A stretch of 64,000 bases of DNA from Candidatus Latescibacterota bacterium (GTDB taxonomy: Bacteria > Latescibacterota > UBA2968 > GCA-2709665). A program made the position numbers and the translations under genes. The stretch lies in NCBI GenBank assembly GCA_965219455.1, contig OZ244744.1, positions 4,064,001-4,128,000 of the forward strand, read 5' to 3'. How positions within the stretch are numbered: the first letter of the stretch is position 1; each line of letters opens with the position of its first letter. The notes beneath the pieces were generated by a model that had not been told where the DNA came from, ran no database searches, and worked only from the letters and a program-made list of their open reading frames with translations. This document shows positions 10,086 to 19,704 of this stretch, in pieces.

Positions 10086-10104
10086 AGAAGGTCGGCGATT
10101 CGAA

Positions 10105-11214
10105 ATGAAGATAACCGATATCAGGGTCTACAATCTCCGGTATCCGCTGGAAGAGCCGTTTGCGAATTCGATTGCCTGGAATACGGCACGGACGGCCGGT
10201 GTGATCGAAGTCATCACGGACGCGGGTGTGACAGGTTGGGGCGAAGGGGTCGCGGGTCTGAACGAGAAGGCGCTGCGGGCGCGGCTCGTGGGCCGCGATC
10301 CGTTCGATATTGAAGTTGTCTGGAACGATCTGTATCTGCGGGGCGGGGTCGGTTTTTCGGAGTTGAGCGCCGTGGACATCGCGCTGTGGGATATTGTGGG
10401 CAGAGCCCTCGAGATGCCCATATACCGGCTTCTGGGTGGCGCGTTCCGGGAGCGGATTCCGGCTTATGCCAGCGGATTGTTCAAGCAACGGAAGGCCGAT
10501 ATGACCCTGTCGTTAATCGACGAGGCGGGGTCGTACGTGGATCTGGGGTTTCCGGCCGTAAAGATGAAGATCGGATTCGGCGCGGACTACGATGCAAAAA
10601 ACGTCGCCGCCGTGCGCGGAGCGATCGGTGATTCGGTTCAACTTGCGGTGGACGCCAATTGCGGTTACGATACCGGCACGGCGATTGCCGTCGGGCGGCG
10701 GCTCCTGGAGAACGATCTATTGTGGTTCGAGGAACCGATTTCAACCGACGACGTGGCCGGCTACCGCGAGATCCGTCAGGCGTTAGGCGTGCGCGTCGCG
10801 GGTGGCGAGGCGCTCCAGGGCCGGTGGGCGTTTCGCAGCCTCATCCAGGAACGGGGGCTGGATATCGTGCAGCCGGACATCAGCGATGCCGGCGGATTTA
10901 CGGAGTGCCGGAAAGTTGCCGCGCTGGCAAGCGCCAACCACGTGCGGGTGCTGCCCCACATGTGGGGAACCAGTATTCGTCTGGCCGCCACGATACACTG
11001 GCAGGCAACCCTGCCGGATGCGCCCGATACGTTGAATCCGTTTCCATCGTTATTTGAATTCGACATGACCGAGAACCGGCTGCGTACTGAACTCTCCAGA
11101 GAGCCAATCCAGGCCGTGGACGGGTACGTGCCGGTGATACAGCAACCGGGTCTGGGAATCGAGATTGACAGAGAGGTGCTGGAGGAATACGCGGTTTCCG
11201 GGACAGAACACTAG
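10105..11214 (+). CDS. Mandelate racemase/muconate-lactonizing enzyme family (enolase superfamily)
   Basis: DIALWDI, KMKIG, VDAN, WFEEP, AGGE, QPD, PHMW, PGLGIEID. Confidence 0.92.
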   Translation: MKITDIRVYNLRYPLEEPFANSIAWNTARTAGVIEVITDAGVTGWGEGVAGLNEKALRARLVGRDPFDIEVVWNDLYLRGGVGFSELSAVDIALWDIVGRALEMPIYRLLGGAFRERIPAYASGLFKQRKADMTLSLIDEAGSYVDLGFPAVKMKIGFGADYDAKNVAAVRGAIGDSVQLAVDANCGYDTGTAIAVGRRLLENDLLWFEEPISTDDVAGYREIRQALGVRVAGGEALQGRWAFRSLIQERGLDIVQPDISDAGGFTECRKVAALASANHVRVLPHMWGTSIRLAATIHWQATLPDAPDTLNPFPSLFEFDMTENRLRTELSREPIQAVDGYVPVIQQPGLGIEIDREVLEEYAVSGTEH

Positions 11215-11376
11215 TGTTCTGTCCCGGAAATAGGTTGCCTGAATTCGGCCGACGAGTCGCACGGCTCGCAAGGCGCCTGAGCGCAGGCGACCTGCGCAAG
11301 GTCGGCGAGCGAGGGCAACGTAGCGAGACGGGATGAATCGTCGGCCGAATGGTGAGATATATTTGGGACAGAATAC
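11195..11376. repeat. MITE-like repeat, family A copy 2, preceded by an extra inverted end (36-bp perfect palindrome)
   Basis: TTTCCGGGACAGAACA-CTAG-TGTTCTGTCCCGGAAA at 11195-11230; right end ATATTTGGGACAGAATAC; same core as copy 1. Confidence 0.8.
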
Positions 11377-11390
11377 CAGAGGAGGGTGGT

Positions 11391-12644
11391 TTGGCAAAGG
11401 GTTCGAGGAAGTCCGATCTGGCGATTCACGGCGGCAGACCGGTATACCGCAAGCCGTGGCGTTCGGGAGCGTTCCACTTCAGGGAGGAACTGGCTGCGCT
11501 GGAGAAGCTGCTTGCCGGTCCGGCGCTGCCGCTGGCTCGGGGCAAGGCCGTCATGGCTTATCGCGAGGGGTTGCAGAAGCTATATGGCTTGCCATATGCC
11601 GTACCGACGAGTTCGGGGAGCGCAGCCATCCACGTGGCGTTGGCCGCGGCGGGTATCGGCGCTGGAGACGAGGTCATATTGGGCCCGCTGACCGACTATG
11701 GCAGCATTATGGGGATATTTCAGTTGAACGCGATTCCGGTATTTGCCGATGTGCAGCCGGACGGGTTGTTGATGGACGTTGGGGCGATGGAAGCGTCAAT
11801 CACGCCGTTTACCCGGGCTATAATGCCGATTCACAACGGGGGGTACGCGGTGGATATGCCCGCGGTCATGAGGGTTGCCCGCAGCCATCGACTGATCGTC
11901 ATCGAGGATTGCGCACAGGCGCATCTCGCGTCCATCAAGGGCAGGTATCTCGGCACGTTCGGACAACTTGGCGCGTGGAGTACAAACGAGAGCAAACACA
12001 TGAAGTCGGGTGAGGGCGGGTTTGTTCTGACCCGACGCCGAAAATTGGCTGAAACGGCGGATCTGTTTTCCGATAAATGCTATCCGAGGTTCCCGGGAGC
12101 GCCGGCGACACCTGCCTTTCCGGCGTTGAATGTGCGGCTGAGCGACGTTAACGCCGCATTGGCATCGGTGCAACTAAAGCGGGTACCGGGGTGGATTGCC
12201 AGGCGCCAGGCGTTTGGCGAGGCGTTTGATCAGGGGATTTCGGGGCTGCCGGGCGTCAAACCACATCCGCAGCCGGCAGGGGCGAAGCCCAGTTACTGGT
12301 GGGCGTTGTTTTCCGTAGACCCGGAGGTGCTCGGGGTGAATGCGGTGGATTTCTGTCGGATGGTCGCGGCGGAAGGCATTCCGGCATTCGCGAGTCCTCA
12401 GCAGTACGTGCTCAAATGGCAGGTTTTCCGGAGGCTGCACAAGGATCCGGCGGTGTTCAACAGCTACAGGCCCGGCCGGCTCGACAAGGGCGCGTATCCG
12501 CTTGAGGCGTGTCCGAATGCCAGAACCTGCGGAGAACGCGTCTGTGCGGTCAGGATGACCCAGCACAATACCGTGGGCGAGGCGAACGCCGCGGCCCGGG
12601 CGGTTCGGAAGGTCACAGAGGCGTTGTTGGGACAACGGGTATGA
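11391..12644 (+). CDS. DegT/DnrJ/EryC1/StrS PLP-dependent aminotransferase
   Basis: SSGSAAIHVAL, IEDCAQAH, STNESKHMKSGEGG; GGAGG RBS before TTG 11391. Confidence 0.9.
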   Translation: MAKGSRKSDLAIHGGRPVYRKPWRSGAFHFREELAALEKLLAGPALPLARGKAVMAYREGLQKLYGLPYAVPTSSGSAAIHVALAAAGIGAGDEVILGPLTDYGSIMGIFQLNAIPVFADVQPDGLLMDVGAMEASITPFTRAIMPIHNGGYAVDMPAVMRVARSHRLIVIEDCAQAHLASIKGRYLGTFGQLGAWSTNESKHMKSGEGGFVLTRRRKLAETADLFSDKCYPRFPGAPATPAFPALNVRLSDVNAALASVQLKRVPGWIARRQAFGEAFDQGISGLPGVKPHPQPAGAKPSYWWALFSVDPEVLGVNAVDFCRMVAAEGIPAFASPQQYVLKWQVFRRLHKDPAVFNSYRPGRLDKGAYPLEACPNARTCGERVCAVRMTQHNTVGEANAAARAVRKVTEALLGQRV

Positions 12645-12721
12645 CGATGCGGTCATCACGAGCCCATGGATGAACGGCATCCGCGGGGGCTCTGTGTTTG
12701 TCCATTTTGTGGAGGGTTTGG

Positions 12722-13291
12722 ATGGATGTTCTCGATGTGCTGAAGGCACGGCGGACGATCTTCAAATTCAGTTCCAGGCCCGTGCCTCACGAGACACTGA
12801 CGCGCATTTTCGAGTTCGGCCTGTGGGCGCCGAATCACCATGTAACGGAGCCGTGGCGTTTTGTCGTTCTCGGGGAACGGACGAAAGAGACGCTGGGGCG
12901 GCGATATGCAGAAATCCAGGAGGGCAAGGCGCCCGGCCATGTCGCCAGGGAGAACCGAAAAAAACTCTGGCAGGCGGGTTACGACAAGTTTATGTCCAAA
13001 CCCACAATTGTCGCGGTATCCTGCCTGCAGGAGGGAGATGAACAGCGGCGGCGGGAGGACTATGCGGCTGCGTGTTGCGCAATGCAGAACGTACAGCTCG
13101 CAGCCTGGGAACTGGGGGTGGGTGTGCAGTGGAGCACGGGACCCATTACAATGCAGAAGGAAACGTACGAGTTGCTCGGCGCGGATCAGGCCCGGGAGTA
13201 TATCATCGGATTTTTCTATATGGGATATCCGCGGGAGATTCCCTCGCCCAGGCGAAAACCGTTAGGTGACGTGATGCGCTGGTCGGCGTGA
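12722..13291 (+). CDS. Nitroreductase family protein (YdjA-like)
   Basis: RRTIFKF, WAPNHHVTEPWRF, QNVQLAAW..G.G..WSTG. Confidence 0.9.
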   Translation: MDVLDVLKARRTIFKFSSRPVPHETLTRIFEFGLWAPNHHVTEPWRFVVLGERTKETLGRRYAEIQEGKAPGHVARENRKKLWQAGYDKFMSKPTIVAVSCLQEGDEQRRREDYAAACCAMQNVQLAAWELGVGVQWSTGPITMQKETYELLGADQAREYIIGFFYMGYPREIPSPRRKPLGDVMRWSA

Positions 13292-13298
13292 GGGCGCG

Positions 13299-14204
13299 TC
13301 AGCGCGGTCGGGCGGTCCGGGCCCGGATACCGGCCAGGTCTTCAATGACGGTCAGAAGGCCGGAGTGATCCAGTTCGCCCCGGTCTTTGGCCAGAGCCAG
13401 ATTGAACAGTTCATGAACGATGCTTGTAACCGGCAGCGGCACCTTGTAGTCGCTGCCGGTTTTCATGATAATGTTGAGATCCTTGTAGTGAAGCCGGATG
13501 CGGAAGCCGGGGTCGAAGTCTCCGTTAACCATACGTTCGCCCCGGTTCTCGAGTACGCCGCATCGGGCAAGGCCCCCACTCAGGACCTTTACGATGTTTG
13601 CCGGGTCGACGCCCGCCTTGGCGCCGAGTGTCAATGCCTCTGACACCCCGGCGATGGTGACGGCAACCAGAACCTGGTTGCATGCTTTCACGGTCTGTCC
13701 GGCGCCGAGGGGTCCGCAGAGCACGATATTCTGACCCATCGCCCCGAAGATGGGTTGTACTGTGTTGAATACATCCTCTTCGCCGCCCACCATGATGGAA
13801 AGGGTGGCATTCCGCGCTCCGACATCTCCTCCGCTTACCGGCGCATCCAGGCAGTGGACGCCTTTTTCGGCCATTGCCTTGCCTACGCTCAGGGCAACGC
13901 TCGGCGCGATCGTGCTCATGTCGATGTAGATGTCGCCACGGCCAGCGCCTTCGATGATGCCGCCGGATCCGAGAGCGACTTCCTCCACGTCCGGCGAGTC
14001 GGGCAACATGGTGATGACGATGGCGCTGTTTTCGGCTACCTCTCCGGGTGAATGGGCTTCCCGGGCACCGGCGTCAACCAGCTCGGCTACGGGTTCCCGG
14101 CTGCGGTTGTGTACAACGAGATCGTAACCGGCATGAAGCAGGTGCTTGGACATGGGTTTTCCCATAATCCCGAGTCCGACGAATCCGATCGTGGGTTTTG
14201 ACAT
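13299..14204 (-). CDS. 2-hydroxy-3-oxopropionate (tartronate semialdehyde) reductase, GarR/GlxR-like
   Basis: GFVGLGIMGKPM, LDAPVSGG, KACNQ, GFRIRLHYKDL, LDHSGL. Confidence 0.88.
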   Translation of the reverse strand: MSKPTIGFVGLGIMGKPMSKHLLHAGYDLVVHNRSREPVAELVDAGAREAHSPGEVAENSAIVITMLPDSPDVEEVALGSGGIIEGAGRGDIYIDMSTIAPSVALSVGKAMAEKGVHCLDAPVSGGDVGARNATLSIMVGGEEDVFNTVQPIFGAMGQNIVLCGPLGAGQTVKACNQVLVAVTIAGVSEALTLGAKAGVDPANIVKVLSGGLARCGVLENRGERMVNGDFDPGFRIRLHYKDLNIIMKTGSDYKVPLPVTSIVHELFNLALAKDRGELDHSGLLTVIEDLAGIRARTARPR

Positions 14205-14222
14205 TGAAGCAGCTCCTTTCAA

Positions 14223-15056
14223 CTACCTGTCGATAAAGAGAGATTTGTCCGATGCGGGAACAATACCGGCGGTTTCGGCGCGGGCGAAGAGATCGGTGAT
14301 GGCGGCCTCACCGTCTGGGCCGTAGTCCCGGGTGTAGGCGTTTACGTAGAGGTCAATGTGGTGTTGTGCGACGGATGCATCGATTTCCGGGGCGTGCCGG
14401 CGGATGTCGTTTCGGACCCGGCCCGCATGCGTGTGGGCGTATTCCACGCTTTTTCGTATAGCTCTATCAATAGCCCGGACCCGGTCGGCGCCCAGGTCCC
14501 GGCGGGCAAGGATGCCTCCCAGCGGAATGGGGTGGCCGGTGGTGTGTTCCCACCATTCGCCCAGGTCGATTATTTCGTGCAGTCCGAAATCGGGAAAGGT
14601 AAATCGGCTTTCGTGAATGATGAGCCCGGCGCGGACTTCGCCGATCCGCACGGCGTCCATAATGCGGTGATACGGCAGAACCACGAGTTCGTCGAGTGAC
14701 GGATCGAACAGGCGCAGCAACAGGGCCGCGGTGGTCAGTTTTCCGGGGATCGCGATTTTTCCTCCGGTCAGATCCGACGGGTGAAGGGGTGTGGCGGCAA
14801 CAACCAGCGGACCGCATCCGCGGCCCAGCGCGCCGCCGGATTGGAGGAGGCAGTACCGGTCCCGCAGATGGCCCAGGGCGTGAAAGGAGACCTTGGTTGC
14901 GTCCAACAGGCCGTCCATGGCCAACCGGTTGAGGGTTTCTATGTCTTCGAGAATGGTCTCAAACTGGGGCGCGCCGGGGATTTTTCCATGGGTGATGCCG
15001 TAGAAAATGTAGGTGTCGTTCGGGCTGGGAGAGTAGCCGAGAGAAACGCGAGCCAT
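14223..15056 (-). CDS. mqnD: 1,4-dihydroxy-6-naphthoate synthase
   Basis: SPSPNDTYIF, DIETLN, GGALGRGCGP, IIHESRFT, DLGEWW, HIDLYVN. Confidence 0.93.
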   Translation of the reverse strand: MARVSLGYSPSPNDTYIFYGITHGKIPGAPQFETILEDIETLNRLAMDGLLDATKVSFHALGHLRDRYCLLQSGGALGRGCGPLVVAATPLHPSDLTGGKIAIPGKLTTAALLLRLFDPSLDELVVLPYHRIMDAVRIGEVRAGLIIHESRFTFPDFGLHEIIDLGEWWEHTTGHPIPLGGILARRDLGADRVRAIDRAIRKSVEYAHTHAGRVRNDIRRHAPEIDASVAQHHIDLYVNAYTRDYGPDGEAAITDLFARAETAGIVPASDKSLFIDR

Positions 15057-15082
15057 AGGTTTCTCGTGATACGCTTTATGGT

Positions 15083-15817
15083 TCAGGGCACCAGATCTTC
15101 TATCAGTACACGGGCAGCCCGTTGCGCGTTCCGGGAGGCCAATGGGAGATTCCAGGCGCCGGGGTTCCGGTCTTCAACGAGGTTGCTGATGCCTCGCAGT
15201 TCGACAAAAGGAACCTCGTACAGCGTGCAGAGTTGCGCGGCGGCGGCGCCTTCCATATTCTCGCAGATGGCGTTGAACCGCGCGGCGAGTTCACTGCCTC
15301 TGGCGGCGAGGCCGCTGCATTGTTGCACGGTGACAAAAGGACCGGAGCGCACGGCCGGAGTTCCACCCGGCCATGCGGCGTTGAGGATCTGAGCCGCCGC
15401 GCGTCGGGCCAGGACCTTGTCAAGCGGAAAGGTATTGTAGTGGTTCAGGTTCTTGCTGAGGACGGGGATGCCGATGGTATCGGCCGGCAGCCAGCCGTCC
15501 GGGGCGAGGACCCCAAGTTCCCCGTCGTTCTCTTCGGTGGCCACGGCAAGGTCGCCCACGTTCAGTTGCGAGCCGGCGTAGGCCCCACCGACGCCGGCTT
15601 GCAGAACGAAGTCGGGTCGACCGGTTTCCAGAGCGGCGGTCAGCGCCTGGGCCGTATTGACGGCGCCGATACCGGTTTCGATCAGGTCGACGCGGCGGGT
15701 GCCCAGTTTGCCCTCCGTGCGTGCGCGGTAGGCGAAGGTCCGCGTCGTCGGATGCGGAATGCTCCTGCGGAGCGTTTCCTGCTCGAAAGCGGTGGCTGTC
15801 AGGACGAGGATGTCCAT
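15083..15817 (-). CDS. mqnB: Futalosine hydrolase
   Basis: PNP/UDP fold: TGIGAVN, GVGG, ENMEGAA, RGISN.V..R...W; adjacent to mqnD. Confidence 0.88.
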   Translation of the reverse strand: MDILVLTATAFEQETLRRSIPHPTTRTFAYRARTEGKLGTRRVDLIETGIGAVNTAQALTAALETGRPDFVLQAGVGGAYAGSQLNVGDLAVATEENDGELGVLAPDGWLPADTIGIPVLSKNLNHYNTFPLDKVLARRAAAQILNAAWPGGTPAVRSGPFVTVQQCSGLAARGSELAARFNAICENMEGAAAAQLCTLYEVPFVELRGISNLVEDRNPGAWNLPLASRNAQRAARVLIEDLVP

Positions 15818-15846
15818 CTGTCATTTTCGGATCTGCCGCGGGAGTG

Positions 15847-16866
15847 TCATCCCAACCGCTTGGAGACGCCGAGTTGGGCAGCAACGGATTCCAGGTCGGT
15901 CACATGAGGAAGAAGCATGGGGATGCCGTTTTCGAGGTTGCGCTCGCGAGTGATCCATTCGGGTTCTCCCGGGTAGTAGACGCGGTCTACGCCGGATGCG
16001 GGCCTGGCCTCGCGGATGGTCTGAATACGGGCGTCAACTTCCGTTGTGAAGGATTCCGGATCAGCGAAGGTGGATACATTGATCGCGATGAACAGATAGC
16101 CGAACTTTTCGACGTCCGGAAAGGCGGCGCCGGCCAGGATGCCTCCGATACATTGCATCACGATGGCGAGGCCCGATCCCTTCGGCCCGAGGGGTACCAC
16201 AATACGCGCTTCCCGGGGGTCGTCCGTTGGCTGGCCAGCCGCATCCAGTGCCCAGCCCAGGGGGATTTTCTCGCCGCGGTCCCCGGCGACGCCGATTTTG
16301 CCGGCGGCAACCACCCCGGTGGCCATGTCGAGGATGATGGGGCGTTCACGGCCGGCAGGGATGCCGTAAGCGAAGGGCGCGTTCCCGATGGCGGGTTCGA
16401 TGCTGCCGTACGGCGCCATGTTCCCGTAGTTTTTACGTCCACCGGTGGTGTTGAAGCCCACCATACCGGCCTCAGCCGCCATGTTGGCATAGTAGGCCGC
16501 GGCGCCATAGTGATTGGTATTTCGAACGGCGGCCATGCCGATGCCCGACCCTTCGGCTTTTTGGATGGCGCGCTTCATAGCGTTATATGCCGCCACCTGC
16601 CCGAGGGCGTTATCCGCGTCGATATGGACGTACGCGTCGCCCTCTCTCAGGATCCGGGGATGCGCGTTCGGGTTGATTTCGCCTCTGAGGATCTGGCGGA
16701 TATAGCCCGCAATGCCGCGCGCGCCGTGGGAATGTACGCCGCGGAGGTCTGCTTCAACCTGGATGCGGGCCGTGATCCGGGCGTCGGATTCAGGTACACC
16801 CGCCGCGTTGAGGAGGTCAACGCAAAAGGCGTTGAGTGCGGTGTGGGAGACGGTTCGGGTCGTCAC
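15847..16866 (-). CDS. Ldh_2 family (malate/lactate/ureidoglycolate-type) oxidoreductase
   Basis: ADLRGVHSHG, NHYGAAAYY, GNAPFA, LDMAT, KGSGL, YYPGE. Confidence 0.9.
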   Translation of the reverse strand: MTTRTVSHTALNAFCVDLLNAAGVPESDARITARIQVEADLRGVHSHGARGIAGYIRQILRGEINPNAHPRILREGDAYVHIDADNALGQVAAYNAMKRAIQKAEGSGIGMAAVRNTNHYGAAAYYANMAAEAGMVGFNTTGGRKNYGNMAPYGSIEPAIGNAPFAYGIPAGRERPIILDMATGVVAAGKIGVAGDRGEKIPLGWALDAAGQPTDDPREARIVVPLGPKGSGLAIVMQCIGGILAGAAFPDVEKFGYLFIAINVSTFADPESFTTEVDARIQTIREARPASGVDRVYYPGEPEWITRERNLENGIPMLLPHVTDLESVAAQLGVSKRLG

Positions 16867-16909
16867 GATATGTCGCCAAAGGCCGGCAATATGCGGCGAA
16901 AAGGGCGGA

Positions 16910-18301
16910 TCAGCTGGCTTTGCGGCCGGCCTGGTAGGTTGCGTACCGGTCCGGCAGGTTGATTTTGACCTGTTCTTCCAGTTCCTCGTCCGTAATTGCG
17001 CTCATTCGACCATGAATTTCGTACTGATCCATAACCCACCGGGCGATTTTGTGCACTTTGATTTTGCTGAGCCGGGCGTTGCCCTTGAGACCCAGGAACT
17101 CATTGACCCAGAGGGCAACCCCGTCGACACCGGTTTTGTCCGTTATCGCCACCCGAGGTGGTCGTCCGAACAGGGCGGTGGTATCGAAAATGTTGTAGAT
17201 GCGTTCATCGGAACGCAGGCCGCCCGCGTGGATACCGGCCCGCGTGGTGTTGAAGTCCCTGCCAACAAACGGGTAGTTTGGAGCGATGTCAACGCCGATG
17301 GAACGCATGTAGTCGGCCATTTCCTGGATCATCAGGGTATCGATGCCGCAAAGGCTTCCGCGCAGGCCGATGTATTCGAGTATCGCACCTTCGAGGGGAG
17401 GGTTGCCGGTGCGTTCGCCGAATCCGAACAACGTGGTGTTGAGGGCATTGCAGCCGTAGAGCCATGCGGTAGCCCCGTTTACATGAACTTTGTGGAAGTC
17501 GTTGTGCCCATGCCATTCCAGGCAATCGTGCGGAACCCCGCCGTCGTTGGTCATCCGGTAGATGAGCTTGGGAATCGAGCGCGGGAGGCTTGCGCCGGGA
17601 TAGCTGATCCCGAAACCCATGGTGTCGCAGAGCCGGATCTTGGCGTGGAGTTCCGGCGGCACCTGCTCGGAACGGCGCATCAGTTCCTGGACAAATGGCA
17701 ACACGTAGCCGTCGATGTCCGCCCGGGTGACGTCCTCCAGGTGGCACCGCGGCCGTATGCCGGATTCCCAGGCGGCTTCGACGACCTCCAGGTAGTCGTT
17801 GAATGCCTTCCTGCGGTCTTTTTTGAGTTTGTAAAAGATGTGATAGTCGGAACTGGGCGTGAGCATCCCGGTTTCTTTAACGCCGGCTTCCCTGACCAGG
17901 CGAAAGTCGCCCTTGTCGGCACGGATCCAGGAGGTAATTTCGGGAAAACGGTGTCCGAGCGTACGGCATTCTTCCAGGGTGCGCCGATCATTTTTGGTGT
18001 AGAGGAAGAACTCGGTCTGGCGGATAATGCCGTTCGGCCCGCCGAGTCTGGCCATCATATCGAAGAGTTTGACCTGCTGTTCCACGGAATACGGCGGGCG
18101 GGCCTGCTGTCCGTCGCGAAAGGTCGTATCGGTGATGACGAGGTCGCGGGCGAGGGCTTCCTCCGGATCGAATCTGACGAGCCGGTCTCCGATTTCTTCG
18201 TAGAGGGGGCCGTCAAACAGAATTTTGGGCGGCAGGTTGTAGTCGAACTGCTCGTCGAGGAGGTTCGGCTCGCCGACTTCGATCAGGTCTCCTGTTCTCA
18301 C
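16910..18301 (-). CDS. Re-citrate synthase-like DRE-TIM metallolyase (LeuA/homocitrate synthase superfamily)
   Basis: ITDTTFRDGQQARPPY, GGPNGIIRQTEFFLY, RCHLEDVTRAD, CDTMG, HGHNDF, GERTGN, TRAGIHA; AGGAG RBS before GTG 18301. Confidence 0.8.
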   Translation of the reverse strand: MRTGDLIEVGEPNLLDEQFDYNLPPKILFDGPLYEEIGDRLVRFDPEEALARDLVITDTTFRDGQQARPPYSVEQQVKLFDMMARLGGPNGIIRQTEFFLYTKNDRRTLEECRTLGHRFPEITSWIRADKGDFRLVREAGVKETGMLTPSSDYHIFYKLKKDRRKAFNDYLEVVEAAWESGIRPRCHLEDVTRADIDGYVLPFVQELMRRSEQVPPELHAKIRLCDTMGFGISYPGASLPRSIPKLIYRMTNDGGVPHDCLEWHGHNDFHKVHVNGATAWLYGCNALNTTLFGFGERTGNPPLEGAILEYIGLRGSLCGIDTLMIQEMADYMRSIGVDIAPNYPFVGRDFNTTRAGIHAGGLRSDERIYNIFDTTALFGRPPRVAITDKTGVDGVALWVNEFLGLKGNARLSKIKVHKIARWVMDQYEIHGRMSAITDEELEEQVKINLPDRYATYQAGRKAS

Positions 18302-18342
18302 GGGATACACTCCTGGCATGATCGGGGACATGGTTGCCGGTT

Positions 18343-18588
18343 TCAACCGCTTACGTACTGTGCGATGAAGTCGATGGCGCCACCCACGGTTTGTACGGCC
18401 AGAGCTTCATCTTCGTCCATTTCTATATCGAATTCCTCTTCAAAGCCGGCCATGAGTTCTACGGATTGTACGGATTCAGCGCCCAGATCGGCGGTGAAGC
18501 TCTGATTGTCTCCGACCTCCGCAGTGTCGATTCCGAGAACACGGGATATGACCCGGTACACGCCTGCCTTAATCTCTTCGCGATCCAT
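18343..18588 (-). CDS. Acyl carrier protein, atypical (LGAES motif)
   Basis: 81-aa acidic protein with DLGAESVQSVELMAGFEEEFDIE and TVGGAIDFI. Confidence 0.85.
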   Translation of the reverse strand: MDREEIKAGVYRVISRVLGIDTAEVGDNQSFTADLGAESVQSVELMAGFEEEFDIEMDEDEALAVQTVGGAIDFIAQYVSG

Positions 18589-18662
18589 TTGAAACTCCGT
18601 GAAAATTCGAGGAAATTGAGTGCATTCCCCATCGTGGGGCCGGGGAACGGTGGTCTCTTGGT

Positions 18663-19421
18663 TCAGACCACACTGGATTCAAGTCTTGAAGCCGCGTTGC
18701 GGTCCACAACAAATGTGCAGTCCGGGTGGCTCTGTAGCAGGCTGGCCGGGCAGTCTGTTGAGGGCGGCCCCTCCAGAGCCTGTGCAATGGCGCCGGCCTT
18801 CTGGGAACCGGTGGCCAGCAGCAGAATACGCCGTGCCTCTCGGATAGTGCCGATTCCCGCCGAGAGGGCGAATCGGGGGACGCTGCCGGCATCTTTGAAG
18901 AAACGGCCGTCGCTGTTCGCTTCGATTGTGCTCGCAGCGAGGTTGACGAGGCGCGTGCGGCTATCCACGGGGCTGCCGGGTTCGTTGAAGGCGATATGAC
19001 CGTTGGTGCCAATACCGAGCAGCCACAGGTCGATGCCGCCCGCAGCGAGGATTTTGGTTTCGAAGGACCTGCATTCGAACTCGGGATTGGCGGCCGTACC
19101 GTTCAGGACGTGGGTATTCCACGGGCGAATGTCGATCTTCCGAAATAAGCGATCGTTCATGAAATAGCGGTAGCTCTGGTCGTGATCGCCATCCAGGCCC
19201 CAGTATTCGTCAAGATTGAAAGCGGTAACCCTGGCGAATCCGAGACCCTCGTTACGATGCAACTCCGCGAGTCTGGTATAGGTCTGTTCGGGTGTGGATC
19301 CGGTGGCCAGTCCGATCACCGCATCCGGCCTGACGCCAATCAGATTTGCGATGATTTCCGACGCTTCTGACGCCACCTCGGCGCTGGTCTCGCATACTTT
19401 GAGCTTGATGCTGCCGGCCAT
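18663..19421 (-). CDS. nagB: Glucosamine-6-phosphate deaminase
   Basis: GLATGSTP, FNLDEY, QSYRYFM, LLGIGTNGHIAFNEPGS, CPASLLQ.H. Confidence 0.95.
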   Translation of the reverse strand: MAGSIKLKVCETSAEVASEASEIIANLIGVRPDAVIGLATGSTPEQTYTRLAELHRNEGLGFARVTAFNLDEYWGLDGDHDQSYRYFMNDRLFRKIDIRPWNTHVLNGTAANPEFECRSFETKILAAGGIDLWLLGIGTNGHIAFNEPGSPVDSRTRLVNLAASTIEANSDGRFFKDAGSVPRFALSAGIGTIREARRILLLATGSQKAGAIAQALEGPPSTDCPASLLQSHPDCTFVVDRNAASRLESSVV

Positions 19422-19704
19422 TGTAGCCCTTTCATTTCCGGACACCAGGGTCCCTGACCGCAAACCGCCATTTCGAGAAATGGCGAGGGATTATAAAGGA
19501 ACGCCAATATACCAAAAGGTCAGATTGATGTAAAGGATTTTGCCCGGAGACATGGAGTGACTGAATGCGCCGGGAAAGCGTTGGAAAACGCTTGCCGTCG
19601 GACACGGTCCTGAATATCTTTCCCGTCTCCCGAATCGGTAATGACCGGTTTTTTAGTGAGATACGAGCCACTGAATCGAACCATAGAAGGAGGTTGAGTC
19701 ACAT

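Noticed and set aside
15721-18505. Long + strand ORFs of 413 and 597 aa
   Set aside because: Antisense to the well-supported Ldh_2 and Re-citrate synthase genes; such shadows are expected at high GC.
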